Positions 42,589-55,946 of a stretch of DNA of 64,000 bases are shown here, in pieces; positions within the stretch are counted from its first letter, which is position 1, and each line of letters starts with the position of its first letter. This stretch comes from Eledone cirrhosa (lineage: Eukaryota), in NCBI GenBank assembly GCA_964016885.1, contig OZ024743.1:332258001-332322000 (forward strand). Reading direction: 5' to 3'. The notes under the pieces were generated by a model that did no database searches, was not told where the DNA came from, and saw only the letters and a program-made list of their open reading frames with translations. Position numbers and translations under genes: made by a program.

Positions 42589-43264
42589 GTTGGTGCTGAA
42601 AAGTTAAAAGAAGAGGAAAAGATATCACTCGCCTCTTCGTCTCCTGGGGACCAGGCTGCACAATTTCCATGGGGGTGTTGGAGGGGTTGTTTGGTGGGGT
42701 GGTGGTCTCTGGCGGGGTGGGGACGGAGATGTTTGGTGGGGAGGGGGTGTCAGGTGGGGTGGGAGTATCTGGGGTGGGGGTGGGGAAACATTTCAAAAGT
42801 ACGCGGTTATAGGGTTTGACGCAGGGGTTACCTACGTCGTTAGGAAATTTTTCTTTTAACTGTTTATGTATGTCCATGGAGATCCTAATCATTTTAAGAT
42901 TAGGATTCTCCGCAGAGTGTGTAAAAGTTTTCCCTTCGGTCTCCACTGAAGGGTTTTTATATATGGTGTCTGTTAAAATTTTATTGTTAGTATTTATGTA
43001 GGTGTAACATTTTTGTTGTGTTGTGTTGCTTTTTTTCTGTGGTTCTTGTGTGTGTTTACGTTTTGTAGTAGGTGTTTTGTTTTCAGGAGGGGGTGTTTTT
43101 GTTTGTGCTGTTTTCGTCGCTTGTATTGGTGTTTGTGTGTTTGTTGCATTTTTGTTTGTGTTATGTCTTTTCTTTTTTCTTTTTACTGGTCGGAAAGGCT
43201 CTCCCTCATCGTCACTGGGTGACGATGATGAGGCCTCATCCGTGTTGTTTGGGGAGGGGTCCAT
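42589..43264 (-). pseudogene. Probable ORF1 C-terminal fragment of the Tx1-like element
   Basis: Open low-complexity T/P/K-rich frame (MDPSPNNTD...KRKKKR...) directly upstream of the ORF2 ATG. Assigned by position only. Confidence 0.55.
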
Positions 43265-43307
43265 TTTGAGGAGCTGTTATGTGGGTGTTAGATAGATAGA
43301 TAGATAG

Positions 43308-43360
<53 letters not shown>

Positions 43361-43431
43361 CGATAGCATAGATCGATATATAGATAGATAGAATAAAGGG
43401 ATAGACAGATAGATAGATAGATAGATAGATA

Positions 43432-45388
43432 TTTCTTTATTAGCCACAAGGGCGCACAAGAAAAGGGGACAGTACAAAGACACATGCCGGGATTTTACAT
43501 ACAGTCGTGTAAAAATATTGAAACAAACAATTATAACAATCGAAATCCCCAATAGGGGGGAGGCGCCACAAATGGGTTATTTAATACCCCGTCGATAGAA
43601 CAACCCTTAACTTCAGAAGCGTGTTGTGTAAGTACTCTCTTCTTCCTTTTGCTCTCTTTAACCTACAGGCTTATAAACAGAGAAGGCCAATCAGTAAATT
43701 TACTGGGGTGCAGTGCCTCTCTCTCCACTCTGATTCTCCTTCTAAAGTGATACTTAAAGAAGGGAATCAATTGTTGTCCGGAGAGAAAGGCATCTGTCTT
43801 CAGTCCTCTCAATCTCGTCCACCATATAATCTCTTTCACCATAGCCCTGTACAGAGAAAAACCGCCTCTCTTTCGTTTTTGAAAGAGGCTGGCGGTTTGA
43901 TCCTTACTATGGAGTCGGCAGTCAACTGGATTTGTCCCATACGCGACAGCAGTTGTTCTGCATAGTTCCACAGGTCGGTTACGCCCGGGCAGTGTACAAT
44001 TGCGTGCAAGACGGTTTCAATGTCCTGCTCGCATCTTGGACACGTCCTCTTGGAAGGACCCCTGCCGGGGCGTCCGTGCCTGTAGATCTTGTCTCGAACG
44101 GGTAGAGCTCCTCGGTAGCACTGCCAGGCCAGGGACCTCTGGAAGTTGTCCATAGGTCCCGGACGGAAAGTCCTACCGAACAGACTGGTGAGCTCGTCGT
44201 CTTCTACGCCTAGAGTCTCTCCGAGCACATCGTCGCACTTGTAAAGTACTAACCCTCTATAGAATGTCGAAGTGGAGTCTCCACTGATTGCTGTGCCCGC
44301 TTGACAGAGGACTGTGAGCACCTGGGCGCATTCAATGTGCCAGGTGCCCATCTCCTTCGGTCTTCGCTTGACCCAGGACTGCAGCTCTGTCAGCGAGACA
44401 AGTTGTGGGAAGGCCAGTCTCACAAACGGTGCCCACACCGGTTGATCGGTGAGGAATACCTGGAGATGCCGTAGCTCAGCGCATGTTTGCGCATCATCAG
44501 CCACGACATGCCCAGCCCTCCGTTGGAAGGGTGTGAACAGCAGACGGATCTCCTCACCAATGGAGCCTGCTTCTTCCACAGGAACTGGAAGAGCATGCGT
44601 TCCATCTTGGTGAGGTATTCACGGGGATAAGGCACGAGAGTCAAGCGGTAGTAGATGACGGACGCTTTGAAAGTGTTCGCCACCTCGGCTCGACCTTTCA
44701 AAGACAGTTTGCACTCTGCCCACTTCTGGGTGAGCGTAAATACCTTGGCCATGACCTCGTTCCAGTTTTTCTCCACCTGGAGGTCTGGACCGAACCAGAC
44801 TCCGAGCAATTTCACCGGTCCTTCTATCCAGCGTCCGACGACGCTGTCGGGCGGCATCGGTTTGTCTCTCAACATTCCGAGTTGCAAACCGACAGACATG
44901 TTCGGGTTCAGTTTTGCTCCTGTGAACCTTTCGTATTCCTGTAGTAGGTTGCTGATTACCTCGATTTCCGAGGTTTTCGACATCATTACCGGCACGTCGT
45001 CGGCATAAGCCGACGCCGCTTTTCGCAGTCCCGGTTCTAAAGGGATGCCCTGCAAAAGCTCCAACTTCCGCAGTAGTGGCTCTAGAGTCAATACGTACAG
45101 AATGGAGGAGAGAAGACATCCTTGTCGATGGAACGCATGATTGCGAACGGCTCTGATAGGTAGCCGTTCACCTTGACCTTCGAGCAGATGCTGGTGTGCA
45201 TCGCCTTGATCCAGCCTTTGAAAACGGGACCGAAACCGGCCTCCTTGAGAACCGCTTCCATGTATCGATGGTCGACCCTATCGAATGCCTTAGACTGATC
45301 TAAATTGATCAGAGCCCCACCGAAGCCTGGTTTACACCCTCACCCTATCTATGATGTATCGCATGAGGTGGAGGTTGTCGTGTATAGA
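43432..45388 (-). mobile_element. Tx1-like LINE, copy 2 (5'-truncated within RT)
   Basis: Paralogous to 39024-40992 but clearly diverged. Contains SAYADDV, KLLGVWFGPD and CPRCEQDIETVLHAIVHC, and the same 3' terminus next to (GATA)n. Confidence 0.93.
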
Positions 45389-45389
45389 C

Positions 45390-45745
45390 AAGAATGTATG
45401 TATATGTAAGTATGTATGTGTGTATGAATATGTATATGTGTGTATATATGTATACGTATACGTAGGTATATATGTATGTCTATGTTAGTAAATATGTATG
45501 TATATGTGTATGTGTATACGTAGGTATAAATGTGTATGTATATGTAAGTATATATGTGTATGTTTATGTAGGTATAAATGTGTATGTATATGTAGGTATA
45601 AATGTGTATGTATATGCAGGAATATATGTGTATGTATATGTAGGTATATATGTGTATGTGTATGTAGGTATATATGTGTATGTGTATGTAGGTATATATG
45701 TGTATGTATATGTAAGTATATATGTGTATATATATGTAAGTATAT
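45390..45745. repeat. About 24-bp minisatellite (GTAGGTATATATGTGTATGTATAT) and simple repeats
   Basis: Seen directly. Confidence 0.85.
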
Positions 45746-45793
45746 GGCCGCAGTGTAATAATAGAAAGAAGTAAAAAAAAAAGGATGTATAAG

Positions 45794-45840
<47 letters not shown>

Positions 45841-46299
45841 GGGGGGGGTACGCGTGTGTGCGTATTATATAAATATATATAAATGGGGCGTGTGTACGTG
45901 AGTGTATGTACATGTGCATACGTGATATAAATATATATGCTCGTGAGTGTGTGTGTATGTAATGTGTGTATTTACATACTACCTCTGTATATATATATAT
46001 ATATATAGGTGGGGGTACATAGGTATGTTTATATACATCTACGTGTGTGTGTGTATGTATATTTTTGCTTGTGTATATATGTGAATACCTTAATTGACAT
46101 AAAGCAGGTTAACATTGAAAATGTAAAAACAAAAAGAATACGAGGAACCTCTACGTGAGCCGTTTTCGATGCTAGAAATAGCAGTCAAATCTCCTTCAAA
46201 TCACATGCTATCATCTTAAAACTATTTGGTTACCTTATTTATAATGTAACACACTTCTTATGATTTTTAAATTGTTTTGAAAATAACTAAGAATTTCAA

Positions 46300-46622
46300 G
46301 GGATTTGATACGATTTTCAGGACATTGCTGGCGAAGTAAGCAGGACGTTATACACAAGTTACCATCGTGGGAACCGGCTTAGGAAGTTATACTCAAGCCT
46401 ACTATTGTGGGAACCAACTCAGTAGGTTATACACAAGCTACTATTGTGGGAACCAACTCGTGGGAGACGCAGTAGAGGAAGACCTGGTCGAACCTTCATT
46501 GATCAACTCTCAGATGATATAAACCTCAGTAAAGAACAGTTGCCAGGAGCAATGGAAAATCGTGAATTGTGTAGAGACTTTGTCAGGAATGTTCGACTGT
46601 GGTCGCAATGTTGATGATGAGT
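46300..46622 (+). mobile_element. 3' end of a second RTE-type LINE family with an internal triplication
   Basis: RFSGHCWRSKQDVIHKL...LLWEPTRGRRSRGRPGRTFIDQLSDDINLSKEQLPGAMENRELCRDFV, ending in TGATGATGA. A ~37-bp segment is present three times (46350-46460). Confidence 0.78.
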
Positions 46623-46706
46623 AATACAATTTATTTTCTCATTATTAAAGCTGGTGTTTGAAATATAATTTTTAACAACAAAAATTTTACCGCTGCTTAC
46701 AATGTA

Positions 46707-46943
46707 GAGGACAGGATGACAATCAAATACTGAAGCTTTTCTAGCCGTTTCCTCTTTGCACCGATCGCCGTCAAGACCTCGGGCGTCCTTCGGCCCCGAA
46801 CTGCTGACATACTCTGTAAAATCAGATCGATAGCAACCCGTCTGAGGAAGAAGTCCCGCGAGGTAGGGTGGCTGTTGCAGCGTGTGTCGCTAGCCATTAT
46901 GTGCAGAAATGCCTCTGCCATTTTGTCCGCGGAGCGCAACTGA
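46707..46943 (+). pseudogene. CRE-clade non-LTR element, C-terminal restriction-like endonuclease fragment
   Basis: EDRMTIKY*SFSSRFLFAPIAVKTSGVLRP...REVGWLLQRVSLAIMCRNASAIL resembles the CRE pattern E..K..KY...F.P.AVET.G...RE...L.QR.S.A..RGNA..I. Confidence 0.7.
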
Positions 46944-47774
46944 AACACTGTTCTGAACGATGTATAGAGTCTGTCACCCTCTTCCCTTCCTCCTTTCTTT
47001 CTTCCTTTATCTAGTAGTCCTTGCTCTTCCCCTCCTTTTCCTTTCGTTTATGGCATTTATAGTCCTTTCCAATATTGCTTTTTTTCTGTATATTTAACAG
47101 AAGTACTTACATAAAATAACATTTTTAGATAAATATAAAAACTGTAAAAGTTTTATATAATGGAACCAGGGATGGCTTCAGGCAATTTGGTACCAAAGTG
47201 TTAAATAAACGAGGAAGATATATACCCAGGATAATATAGTAATGGACTTCGGGTTAAGGAGAGTTGACCTTGCAATAAATTAGCAACGGTTGAGGTGTTA
47301 GACACATCATCACAGACCAAGTGAGTACTAAATCCGAGTCCCTGATATCTGAAATTGAACGGGGCTGCATCTGACTTACATACGATCCAACACTTTACAT
47401 GATGTAGTTGGTGTGTTTTATTGTGGCACTACCCCTAGCGAAGTTGTCATGCGCTCTCTAATTTTTGCTTAGAACGATTTTTATGTCTAGATGCCCTTCC
47501 ATTTTTTGGTCTAGATTACCAACCACCTTACTGAGTGTACAGAGTGTGTTTTATCGTTTCACCAGCTTAGAGAGGTTTCCGTACCCTTGACACAACAGAA
47601 GTGTCCTCTCAGCTCTTTTGTTGAAATGATTTCCATAGCTGGAAGATTTTCTTCACACCAACCACTTAACAGAGCGTACTGGGTGTGTTTTATCTTGGTA
47701 CCAGCACTAGGGAGGTTGCCGGTCATTGACTCAACTGAAGAGACTTCTCTACTCCTATAGAATGGTCTAAGTCT

Positions 47775-48052
47775 TACCAGGAAGCTCATCAGGCCGGTGC
47801 TTATCCCGGTTTCGTGGCATGAAGTGACTGAGAGTACAACACCCTCCTCTACCCATCCCTGGACAGGATGCCAATCCATCGCAGGGTTAAACCCCTAGTT
47901 ACAGCTGCTGGAACTCATTTTCAACTGAGTATACTGAAGCAACGTGAAATGAAATGTTTTGCTCAAGAATACAACACACAACCCAGTCCAGGAATCGAAC
48001 CTACGACATTATGATCGTAAGTTCAACACCCTTACCACTTGGCAACGCACCT
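47775..48052 (-). mobile_element. tRNA-derived SINE (paralogue of 25580-25846)
   Basis: Colinear similarity; B box GGTTCGATTCC on the minus strand. Confidence 0.8.
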
Positions 48053-48225
48053 TCACAATAGAATGTGGGGGGGGGGGGTGTTAATTCATGTATCAGACAT
48101 TCGGCTGAATGCTCATCGTCGAAAGCGATGGAAATCCCCCATCACCCCACCCACCTCTACTCCTCAACTGTTGGCAACCTAGTCCTGTAGATAACTGTTA
48201 TTATTGATTACTGTCCTCTTTACAG

Positions 48226-48346
48226 TCTGAGTTCAAATCCCGCCGAGGTTAACTTTGCCTTTCATCCTTACGGGGTCGATAAAATAAAGTACCAGTAATG
48301 TACTGGGTAATTGCTGGCCTTGTGCCTAAAGTAGAAACAATTATTG
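48226..48346 (+). mobile_element. Partial Nin/Deu-like SINE
   Basis: Reverse complement of the unit at 29215-29330. Confidence 0.85.
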
Positions 48347-48485
48347 ATTACTGTTTTATTAGCAGAACTTGTTAAATATATGTCGTACATAATAAATAAT
48401 ACATTTGTTTGGTTTTAATAAATTGTTTATTTATCGGGAAAATAAAACAACCTTCTTTAGATACCACTTACTATGTATATATACT

Positions 48486-48528
<43 letters not shown>

Positions 48529-48561
48529 CTTACTGTGTATGTATGTATGTATGTATGTATG

Positions 48562-48636
<75 letters not shown>

Positions 48637-48637
<1 letters not shown>

Positions 48638-48900
48638 ATGGCTGCAACTCGATTTCGAGTAATGCTATCACTTGATACTTAAGAAGATGTCCGATATCAA
48701 GCGATGCCTGTGCTTGAAGCTTTTTTAAGTGAGGAAAGGCTTTGCATGGAGCCAATCTCCCTCTCTAAACATCGAATGCATTTACCCAAAAAGTAGAACG
48801 GGTAACATCATTGGATGCAAACGAAGTCGCAGGTTTTACATCAGAGTAACCTTCGCCTAGATTTGAGAGATGTCTTAATGAAGACTAGGGGTTTCTCACA
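48637..48900. repeat. Interspersed repeat of unknown class, paralogous to 63623-64000
   Basis: Shared blocks GGCTGC.AACTCG.TTTCGAGTA, AAGC.ATGCCTGTGCT..GAAGC and CATCATTGGAT...GCAGGT.TTA.ATCAGAGT...CCTTC.CCTAGA. Confidence 0.7.
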
Positions 48901-49235
48901 CTAGTAGCCCTTCTCTCTAAAAAAACTAAAATTATTGGATAGCTGTTGACTCTCTTGAGTTCCTCCGCCCTTTAAAGGGTTTTGTCTTTCATCTCGCAGA
49001 GTGTCCACAATCACCCTCCTCACCAAGCAAGCTTGGTGGGGTTGCCGGTTACATGTACTGGGTTACAAGTTACCATCCATCTATCCATCCATCCACCCAT
49101 TCATCCATACATATATACATACATAATACATATATACATAAATACATACATACATACGTTATTATATTTTTCTAGGTAAAAATATTCATAATTTTTTTTT
49201 TATAAAATGATATATATATATGCATACTTACTGCT

Positions 49236-49496
49236 AAAGCTTAGTGAAAAGAACATCTATGTGGAATTAATGAGGAATCTGCAGATACGCCACCCTGACT
49301 ATACCTTTATATTTATACCTATGATCATTGGGGCTCCTGGTACAAATGTGCCTCAGTACAAAAGTGCCCCAGTACAAATCTTGAGAAGATGGGCTTCACA
49401 GAGCCAGAAAAGACATGGCTAGTTAGGAAGTTGCAGGTATAGTTCCTTAATGGAACTATAAAAATATGTAAAATATTTCAGAAATTTAACATGTAA
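49236..49496 (+). pseudogene. R4/Dong-like LINE C-terminal endonuclease fragment (old family)
   Basis: KLSEKNIYVELMRNLQIRHPDYTFIFIPMIIGAPG...NLEKMGF...LVRKLQV*FLNGTIKICK, ending in TAATAAT. Parallels IPVVVGALG...IQKIVLMGT at 52.1 kb. Confidence 0.6.
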
Positions 49497-49695
49497 TAAT
49501 TGCATATATACTTGTATAGATACAGAAACATGTGCATGTGTACACATAGTCATATAACTCAAAACATACAGATCCACACATCCACACGCAAACATATACA
49601 AACATACATGCGTATTTACATATTGATGTCTAAATTCTAATGAAAGAGTCTGGTTTCTAATGTAGAAACCGGCTCTCACTCACTCACTCACTCAC

Positions 49696-49758
<63 letters not shown>

Positions 49759-49774
49759 TGTTGAAAATATATAT

Positions 49775-50222
49775 TAAAAAAACCTACTTGGCAAAACACT
49801 ACCTCCAGAACCTAATATATCAAATATATACAGCGCCTGGCTAAACCTATTCCTCCAGGATCACTGTGACAATAACAATATCATCACAGATGAGCAAGCA
49901 GCTAGGAAGAAAGAAGTAACTCTTAATTAACTCCTAATTAACAAAACCATGATGTCAGAGGTGCGGCGCCATTGAAGGAACTTGATTAATCTGGCTGGAT
50001 TACAAGAAAGCGTTTGATTTTGTTTGCCATTCATGGATACTAGCGACCCTTCGACTTGCTAAAGTTCCAGATATAGTCAGAACCATAGAGAAACTATCTT
50101 CTCGGTTCACTATCCTAAAGTTAAATACAGAGAAAGAAGTCTATATTGTCACTGATAAAATAGACTCTCGCAAGAATATATTTCCAGGACACTGTCTCTC
50201 TGTGATGTTATTTAATACTGTC
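49775..50222 (+). pseudogene. Degenerate R4/Dong-like reverse transcriptase fragment
   Basis: FLQDHCDNNNIITDEQAA, LLINKTMMSEV, IWLDYKKAFDFVCHSWILATLRLAKVP, IFPGHCLSVMLF. Confidence 0.75.
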
Positions 50223-50249
50223 AGAAAATGTCAAAGTGAGAGTAATATG

Positions 50250-50356
50250 CAGGAGACCCAGGGGTAGACTCCGAGCAAGATTGTTGGATAACATCCATGA
50301 GCTTGGTTGGTCTCACTTGGGGATCCAGCCGGATCAGTTGGAGACGGTTGCTTCTT
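50250..50356 (+). mobile_element. Short RTE fragment nearly identical to 31943-32043
   Basis: AGGAGACCCAGGG.TAGACTCCGAGCAAGA...GGAGACGGTTGCTTCT is shared. Confidence 0.85.
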
Positions 50357-50370
50357 CCCACGACCCTCTC

Positions 50371-50440
50371 AAGAAGAAGAAGAAGAAGAAGAAGAAGAAG
50401 AAGAAGAAGAAGAAGAAGAAGAAGAAGAAGAAGAAGAAGA
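50371..50440. repeat. (AAG)n microsatellite
   Basis: Seen directly. Confidence 0.98.
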
Positions 50441-52201
50441 ATCAGTATGAAGACATGGAAAACGACACTCCTTTTGAATAGTGAAACAAAATCACTGGAA
50501 GCTGGAGAAGTTAATATTAATTGTAGAATTTTTCAGGGTGACTGTTTATCACCGCTTTTATTCTGCATCGCACTTATACCATTAAGTAAAATGCTCAATG
50601 AAACAAAGCATGGATATAAAGTCTATGACAAAACCATTAATCACTTGTTCTACATGGATGACCTGAAACTATTTGCAGAAAATGATGAACAATTGCAAGG
50701 GCTATTATCCACTGTGGAGCAGTTCAGTGATGACATTAAAATGGAATTTGGACTAGATAAATGCGCCAAAGCAACGTTCACCAGAGGAAAGCTGCTGAAG
50801 AGTTCAGACATTAATCTTGATCGAGGGAACGTGATAAGAGAACTTGATCAAGAGGAAACTTACAAATATCTAGGTGTTTGTGAAGGAGACGGAATCAAGC
50901 ACTCGACAATGAGGGAAAGGATAAGGAAGGAATGTTACCGCAGAGTAAGAGCAATCTTAAGAACGGAATTGAATGCAAGGAATAGGATCGATGCCATAAA
51001 CACGCTTGCCATACCAGTAGTAACCTACAGTTACAATGTCATCAACTGGTCAAGCACAGAGATCCGTAGGCTCGATACAAAAATTCGAAAATTCTTAACC
51101 ATGCACAGAATGCATCACCCTAAGGCAGATGCAGATAGAATATATCTCCCTAGGAAAGAAGGAAGACGTGGGTTAATCCAGTTAGACATTGCGTTGAAAA
51201 CTGCAACAATTGGATTATCTACATATCTAAGGGAATCACATGATTGGATGATCAAACTCGTTTTGAAACACGAAAGCATCAAAAGATCATACTCCATTAC
51301 AAAAGATGCACAAAGATACAGTAATGGACTACAAATTTCAGAAGTCCCATTTACTGCTGAAATGGAAAACACAGAAAAAGCAAACCAGGTAAAAGTAACT
51401 GCAAAGAAAGAACTGCTACAGAAACTGGCTAAGAAATGGCAAGAAAAGCCTCTGTATGGAAAATACCCAGAACGAGCTAACAATCCTGATGTTGACAAAA
51501 CTTTAACCCATCAGTGGTTGGAATCCTCTTGACTGAAATCGGAGACTGAAGGACTGATTATATCAGCACAAGATCAGTGTCTGCCAACAAAAAATTACCA
51601 AGCCAACATAATAAAAAATGGATGCAGCCCATTATGCCGTGTATGTAAAAAACAACCAGAGACCATTGACCATATAATTTCAATGTGCAGTCCTATAGCT
51701 CCAACCGAATACCTAAACAGGCATGACAGAGCTGCACAATACATACATTGGATAATGTGTAAGCATTTTGACCTGCCCCATCAAAAGAATTGGTGGGAGC
51801 ATCAACCACCTCCCATACTTGAAAAAGATCACATCGCAATCTTGTGGAACTTTAGCATCCAAACAGACCGAAATATCAATGCAAATAGACCTGATATAAT
51901 ATTGAAGGACTTCAAAAAGAGGGTATGCCTGCTAATTGATATGTCCGTTCCAATAGACAAGAATGTATCTATAAAAACATTTGAAAAATTGAGCAAGTAT
52001 AAGGACCTGGAGATAGAAATTGGAAAAATGTGGAAATTGAGAACTAAAACAATACCAGTGGTTGTAGGCGCTCTGGGAATGATACCTAAGGGGTCTAATG
52101 ATTACTTATCGCAAATCCCAGGAAACCCGCGTATAGGAGAAATACAAAAGATAGTACTAATGGGAACTGCCCATATACTAAGGAAGATTCTGTCAATATA
52201 A
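50441..52201 (+). pseudogene. R4/Dong ORF 3' portion with a single in-frame stop at 51530-51532
   Basis: IFQGDCLSPLLF, YMDDLK, MEFGLDKCA, YKYLG, LYLPRKEGRRGL; stop; then in the same frame LKSETEGLIISAQDQ, CRVCKKQPETIDHIISMC, ANRPDIIL, LIDMSVP, EKLSKYKDL. Confidence 0.92.
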
Positions 52202-52344
52202 GTACATCACAAGTCTAAACACTAAAGATGCATGTGTGAGTATGTATGTTCTTTCTTGAACATGGCGGACCTTGTTGTCTCTTGAGGTCACTGGTTGTGA
52301 CTTGGTGATAACTCGTATGAACATAAAGCAGGATAAATGCAACT

Positions 52345-52397
<53 letters not shown>
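50441..52397 (+). mobile_element. R4/Dong-clade LINE, 5'-truncated, ending in (TAA)n
   Basis: RT + CCHC + restriction-like endonuclease, a ~145-bp 3' UTR, and a (TAA)n tract at 52346-52397. Dong elements are known to associate with TAA repeats. Confidence 0.9.
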
Positions 52398-52398
<1 letters not shown>

Positions 52399-53112
52399 TA
52401 CATAACAAAATAGTCTATCTTGGATCAACAACCAGTATATTGGTTCTCAGTTTGAAGGAGTTGCTTTTGCAATCCAGGAATAGGAAATCTGTACTATGTC
52501 ATTTGTATATATATATATATATATATTACACTACTACGTGTTCCAGCCGACAGGCTGAGGCCATGCTGGGGCACAACTATTACTAACTTTTAAGTAATAG
52601 TATTTATCACTGTAATTATTTTAATGTGAGTGTGTGTCTGTGAAACATACATATACACCAGGTCCGAACACAAAGGAACCAAACTCCCACTATCACTGCC
52701 TTCGTCTCTCCTGCTCTCCCCATCTCTCACTATTATGAGCAAATGGGGGTCCATACGCTGGCCGCCCCGTGGCCCCGGCGGGCAGACAGAACAGAAAAGG
52801 TGTTTCCCCGGATGGTGAGGGAGCTGCACTGGAAGAGCTATTCCACTTGAAATATCATTCTTATCTTTAATCACTACAACATGTCAGTAATTTACATAAA
52901 CTATAGGGTTTATCTTATGCCAGCCATTAATTGATCAACACAAATTTCCCAGTTTGGAAGATTGTTCCTATATCTGGTATTGATAGCTTGTGGCATATTT
53001 TATTGTTCCAAGTTCAAACCCTGTCAGAGTTAGAGGTATTGATCTGATTAACAGTGGTTTATTGATCTCATCAATAATGGCGTGTTGGTATAGATCCAAT
53101 CAACACTAAACT

Positions 53113-53648
53113 GTACTACTACTACTACAGCTACTACTACTACTACTAGCACCACCGCCACCACTACCACCACCACCACTACTACTACTACCACCACAAC
53201 CACTACGACCACCACCACCACCACCACCACCACCACCACCACCACTACTACTACTACTACCACTACAACCACTACGACCACCACCACCACTACCACCACC
53301 AGCACTACTACTACTACTACTACCACCACCACCACTACGACGACGACCACCACCACCACCACCACTACCACCACCACCACCACCACCACCACCATCACTA
53401 CCACCACCACCACCAATACTACTACTACTACTACCACCATCACAACCACCACCACTACCACCACCACCACTACTACCACCATCACCACCACCACCACCAC
53501 CACCACCACTACCACCACCACTATGACGACCACCACCACCACCACTACCACCACCACCCCTACTACTACTACCACCACCACCACTACGACGACCACCACC
53601 ACCACCACTACCACCACCACTACTACTACTACAATCACCACCACCACC

Positions 53649-53680
<32 letters not shown>

Positions 53681-54308
53681 CACCATCACCGGCACCACCA
53701 CCACCACTACCACCACCACCACTACTACTACTACCACCATCACCACCACCACCACCACCACCACCACTACTACCACCACCACCACTACTACTACTACTAC
53801 CACCACCACCACTACCACCACCACTACTACTACTACTACCACCACCTCCACTACGACAACGACGACCACCACCACCACCACTACCACCACCACCACCACT
53901 ACTACTACCACCATCACCACCACCACCACCACCACCACCACCACCACTACCACCACCACCACTACTACTACTACTACCACCACCACCACCACCACCACCA
54001 CTACTACTACTACTACCACCATCACCGCCACCACCACCACCACTACCACCACCACCACCACCACTACTACTACTACTAGCACCATCACCACCGCTACCAC
54101 CACTACCACCACCACCACTACTACTACTACTACCACCACCTCCACTACGACGACGACGACGACGACCACCACCACCACCACCACCACCACCACCACCACC
54201 ACTACTACTACCACCATCACCACCACCACCACCACCACTACCACCACCACCACCACTACTACTACTACTAGCACCATCACCACCGCTACCACCACTACCA
54301 CCACCACC

Positions 54309-54340
<32 letters not shown>

Positions 54341-54412
54341 CACCACTACCACCGCCACCACTACTACTACTACCACCACCACACTACGACCACGACCACC
54401 ACCACTACCACC

Positions 54413-54453
<41 letters not shown>

Positions 54454-54502
54454 CACCACTACGACCACCACCACCATCACCACCACCACCACCACTAACA
54501 CC

Positions 54503-54570
<68 letters not shown>

Positions 54571-54640
54571 CACTACGACCACCACCACCATCACCACCAC
54601 CACCACCACTACCACCACCACCACCACCACCACCACCACC

Positions 54641-54681
<41 letters not shown>

Positions 54682-54763
54682 CACTACGACCACCACCACT
54701 ATCACCACTACTACTACTACCGCCATCACCACCACTACCACCACCACTACCACGATCACCACC

Positions 54764-54798
<35 letters not shown>

Positions 54799-55572
54799 CA
54801 TCACTACCACCGCCACCACCACAACCACTACGACCCCCCCCACCACCACCACCAGCACTACTACTACTACTACTACTACCACCACAACCACTACGACGAC
54901 CACCACTACCACCACCACCACTACGACGACGACGACTACGACCACCACCACTACCGCCACAACCACTATTAATACTACCACCACCACCACCACTACTACC
55001 ACCACTACTACTACTACTACCACCACTACCATACCCCCCCCCACCACTACCACCCCCACCACTACTACTACTACTACTACCACCACCACCACCACCACTA
55101 CCACCACCACCACTACCACCACCACCACCACTACTACCACCACCACCACCACCACCACCACCACCACTAACACCACCACTACTACTACTACTACTACCAC
55201 CACCACCACCACCACTACCACCACCACCACCACCACCACTACCACCACCACCACTACCACCACCACCACCACTATCACCACCACTACTACTACCACCACC
55301 ACCACCACCACCACCACCACCACTACCACCACCACCACTACTACCACTACCACTACCACCACTACTACTACCACCACCACCACCACTACCACCACCACTA
55401 CCACCACCACCACCACCACCACCACCACCACCACCACCACTACCACCACCACTACTACCACCACCACCACTACCACCACCACTACCACTACCACCACTAC
55501 CACCACTACCACCGCCACCACTACTACTACTACCACCACCACACTACGACCACGACCACCACCACTACCACC

Positions 55573-55613
<41 letters not shown>

Positions 55614-55662
55614 CACCACTACGACCACCACCACCATCACCACCACCACCACCACTAACACC

Positions 55663-55718
<56 letters not shown>

Positions 55719-55788
55719 CACTACGACCACCACCACCATCACCACCACCACCACCACTACCACCACCACCACCACCACCACCACCACC

Positions 55789-55829
<41 letters not shown>

Positions 55830-55911
55830 CACTACGACCACCACCACTATCACCACTACTACTACTACCGCCATCACCACCACTACCACCACCACTACCA
55901 CGATCACCACC

Positions 55912-55946
<35 letters not shown>

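Larger units (their letters stand above)
39024..43289 (-). mobile_element. Tx1-like L1-clade LINE, copy 1 (5'-truncated in ORF1, defective)
   Basis: ORF1 tail, APE endonuclease, RT, C-terminal Cys/His region, and 3' UTR ending CCCTTGTGGCTAATAAAGAA. Both junctions lie in GATA-type repeats. Confidence 0.93.

Noticed and set aside
39318-45119. Overlapping plus-strand and alternative-frame ORFs
   Set aside because: Shadow ORFs of the GC-rich Tx1 ORF2 on the minus strand.
50297-51532. 411-aa poly-Arg/RT fusion protein as a novel gene
   Set aside because: Chance junction of an out-of-frame RTE fragment, an (AAG)n tract and a truncated Dong RT lacking its N-terminal motifs.
52640-52860. GC-rich island as an exon or MITE
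   Set aside because: No TIR/TSD pair or recognisable peptide; left unassigned.
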